From: an uncultured Candidatus Peribacteria bacterium | GTDB taxonomy: Bacteria > Patescibacteriota > Gracilibacteria > UBA1369 | Direction: 5' to 3' | Length of the DNA: 64,000 bases | Assembly (NCBI GenBank): GCA_964528305.1 | Contig: CAZGSD010000001.1 | Location: 133,749-197,748, forward strand | Part shown: in pieces, positions 62,507-64,000 of the stretch | How the letters are laid out: each line of letters opens with the position of its first letter | Numbering within the stretch: the stretch's first letter is position 1 | Notes under the pieces: model-generated | Databases searched by the model: none | What the model was told of the DNA's origin: nothing | The model's input: only the letters and a program-made list of their open reading frames with translations | Position numbers and translations under genes: made by a program

Positions 62507-62953
62507 TCACCCTAATAATTTGAGGAATTCCCTTCGGAAGGTTTCGATATCTTTGAATTGGCGGTAGACGCTGGCGAAGCGGATGTAGGCCACTTCGTCG
62601 ATGTCGCGGAGGGCGTTCATGACATCTTCGCCTATTACTTTGGTGGAGACTTCTTTGCCCAGATTGGACCACTGGCTTTCCAGTCTATCCAGCAGGTCGG
62701 TGACTTGTTCCACGGTAACGGGGCGTTTCTCGCAGGCTTTCCAGATGCCGAATTCCAGTTTTTGTCTGTCATAGGGTTCGCGGGACTGGTCTTTTTTGAT
62801 CACGACAAAATTAGTGTATTCGACGCGCTCGAAAGTGGTGAAACGGAAATTGCATTTATGGCAGGCGCGGCGGCGGCGTATTTCGCGCTGCTCATTGGTG
62901 TCGCGGGAGTCCAGCACGCGGGTGTCGTCATGTTTACATTTGGGACAAAGCAT
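62507..62953 (-). CDS. nrdR: Transcriptional repressor NrdR
   Basis: MLCPKCKHDDTRVLDSRDT...RRRRACHKCNFRFTTFERVE is the zinc ribbon, followed by an ATP-cone. Confidence 0.93.
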   Translation of the reverse strand: MLCPKCKHDDTRVLDSRDTNEQREIRRRRACHKCNFRFTTFERVEYTNFVVIKKDQSREPYDRQKLEFGIWKACEKRPVTVEQVTDLLDRLESQWSNLGKEVSTKVIGEDVMNALRDIDEVAYIRFASVYRQFKDIETFRREFLKLLG

Positions 62954-63064
62954 GGGTGCAAATTTTTATTGTGGCTACAGTATAGTGTTTTTTGGGCTGT
63001 TGGCAAAATGGGCGGGATTATTCATGACTGATCAGGCTAGGATATGGTAATCTAACGATGGAAT

Positions 63065-64000
63065 ATGAAAAATAAAAAGCAGCTGTCATTAAAGGAGGCT
63101 ATTGAGAAATTCTTGGAATATTCAGAAATTACCAAGAATCAATCCGCCAAAACACTGGAGAATTATCGGCATTATTTGGCTAGACTGATGGGTTTTGCTG
63201 GGAAGGATTTGTTGATTGAGAAAATCGATTTAGAGCTGGTGCATAAATATCGGCTTTATCTAAATAGACTGGTGGATGAAAACAAAGCCCCGCTACTAAC
63301 TGTCAAAACGCAATTTTATCATTTGATTGCCCTGAGGGCTTTTTTGAAATTTTTGATACGGCAGGACTACTCCACCTTGGCGCCGGAAAAGATTGAACTC
63401 GGTAAAATGCCCGATCGTACGGTGGATTTTTTGGAAAGGGATGAGTTGGCCGCTCTGTTTGCCGCTGTGGATCGGAATGCGGTTACCGGGCTGCGGGATT
63501 ATGCGATATTGCGGATGCTGTATTCTACAGGATTGCGCATTAGTGAATTGGTTGGCTTAAATAAAGATCAAATCAATTTGGATACGCGGGAATTTCGGGT
63601 GATGGGTAAAGGCGGGAAATACCGCATAGTTTTTTTGTCGCCGGAGGCCGCCGGGGCTATAGATCAATATTGGCGGGCCAGGCGGGATGAATTTGCGCCG
63701 GCTTTTATCAATCATGGGCGAGGGGGAAAGGTGGCCAGCCGGTTGGAGCCAGGTGCTAAGGTTAATGAAAATGAAAGAAAGAGACTATCCCCCACCATGG
63801 TGCAATATTTGATCAGAAATTATGCCAAAAGAGCTGGACTGGTCAAAAAAGTGACGCCGCATAAATTGCGACACAGTTTTGCCACGGAATTGTTGAAAAA
63901 TGGGGCTGACATACGTTCCGTGCAGGAAATGCTGGGCCACAGCTCCATCACCACTACGCAAATTTATACACATCTGACCAATAAACGGCTGCGTGAGACG
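63065..64000 (+). CDS. Tyrosine recombinase (XerC/XerD-like), 3' end cut by the window edge. Absent from the ORF track because no stop lies in the window.
   Basis: Manual translation from ATG 63065 stays open for 312 codons. The N-terminal SAM-like domain (LENYRHYLARL) is followed by the catalytic motifs ...GLRISEL..., ...LRHSFATELLKNGADIRSVQEMLGHSSITTTQIYTH. Confidence 0.85.
   Translation, partial: MKNKKQLSLKEAIEKFLEYSEITKNQSAKTLENYRHYLARLMGFAGKDLLIEKIDLELVHKYRLYLNRLVDENKAPLLTVKTQFYHLIALRAFLKFLIRQDYSTLAPEKIELGKMPDRTVDFLERDELAALFAAVDRNAVTGLRDYAILRMLYSTGLRISELVGLNKDQINLDTREFRVMGKGGKYRIVFLSPEAAGAIDQYWRARRDEFAPAFINHGRGGKVASRLEPGAKVNENERKRLSPTMVQYLIRNYAKRAGLVKKVTPHKLRHSFATELLKNGADIRSVQEMLGHSSITTTQIYTHLTNKRLRET

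Noticed and set aside
1-64000. Alternative genetic code (UGA recoded as Gly or Trp, as in some CPR lineages)
   Set aside because: Long ORFs with recognisable full-length homologue patterns close on TGA as well as on TAA and TAG (for example the MFS gene ends ...gcctga). Genes are not fragmented under the standard code.
63065-64000. Integrase marking a prophage or genomic island boundary
   Set aside because: The recombinase has the typical XerC/XerD N-terminal and catalytic motifs and sits beside housekeeping nrdR. No att-like repeats or phage genes are visible in the window, and the gene is truncated by the edge, so island status cannot be assessed.

Overview
The window looks like a 64 kb chromosomal segment from a small-genome, CPR/Patescibacteria-like bacterium. 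That lineage call is an inference from gene content and many orphan envelope proteins, not a search result. Long ORFs close on TAA, TAG and TGA, so the standard code applies and UGA is not recoded. The segment is densely coding, at roughly 45-50% GC by eye.

Recognisable housekeeping genes:
- Translation: rpsF-rpsR, alaS, tRNA-Glu(CUC), tRNA-Val(GAC), and a YbaK-like deacylase.
- Envelope: a LysM/M23 peptidase, yidD, uppP, lspA, ftsW-murG, three glycosyltransferases, an MscS-type channel, an SPFH protein, an MFS transporter and a YkuD L,D-transpeptidase.
- DNA repair and regulation: lexA, mutS-mutL, pcrA/uvrD, nrdR and a Xer-like recombinase cut by the window edge.
- Others: dnaJ (no zinc finger), and an ECF sigma factor followed 3 nt later by a 2109-aa alpha-2-macroglobulin-like protein.
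- Two type II toxin-antitoxin pairs.

About a third of the window encodes orphan secreted or membrane proteins:
- A tightly coupled five-gene minus-strand operon at 1-7607.
- A surface-protein cluster at 30.8-38 kb.
- An AT-rich islet at 52.8-54.35 kb.

The most unusual signal is non-coding. Two roughly 131-145 nt hairpin-enclosed elements sit in inverted orientation either side of the L,D-transpeptidase gene (60003-60147 and 61287-61417). They share an 81-nt core, 71/81 identical by hand alignment. Six of the ten differences form three compensatory base-pair swaps in one helix. Their long outer stems are each nearly perfect but unrelated in sequence. A third long perfect hairpin lies at 10293-10373.

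Other leads are a truncated Leu/Glu-dehydrogenase domain reading into a TrmB-type regulator across a compositional break, a self-contained small transcription unit (39-aa ORF or sRNA) upstream of the MFS gene, a candidate LexA operator filling the lexA promoter spacer, and a structured leader upstream of the LysM/M23 peptidase.

No CRISPR array, rRNA, transposase or reverse transcriptase was seen. All family assignments come from motif recognition by eye. No database search was run.
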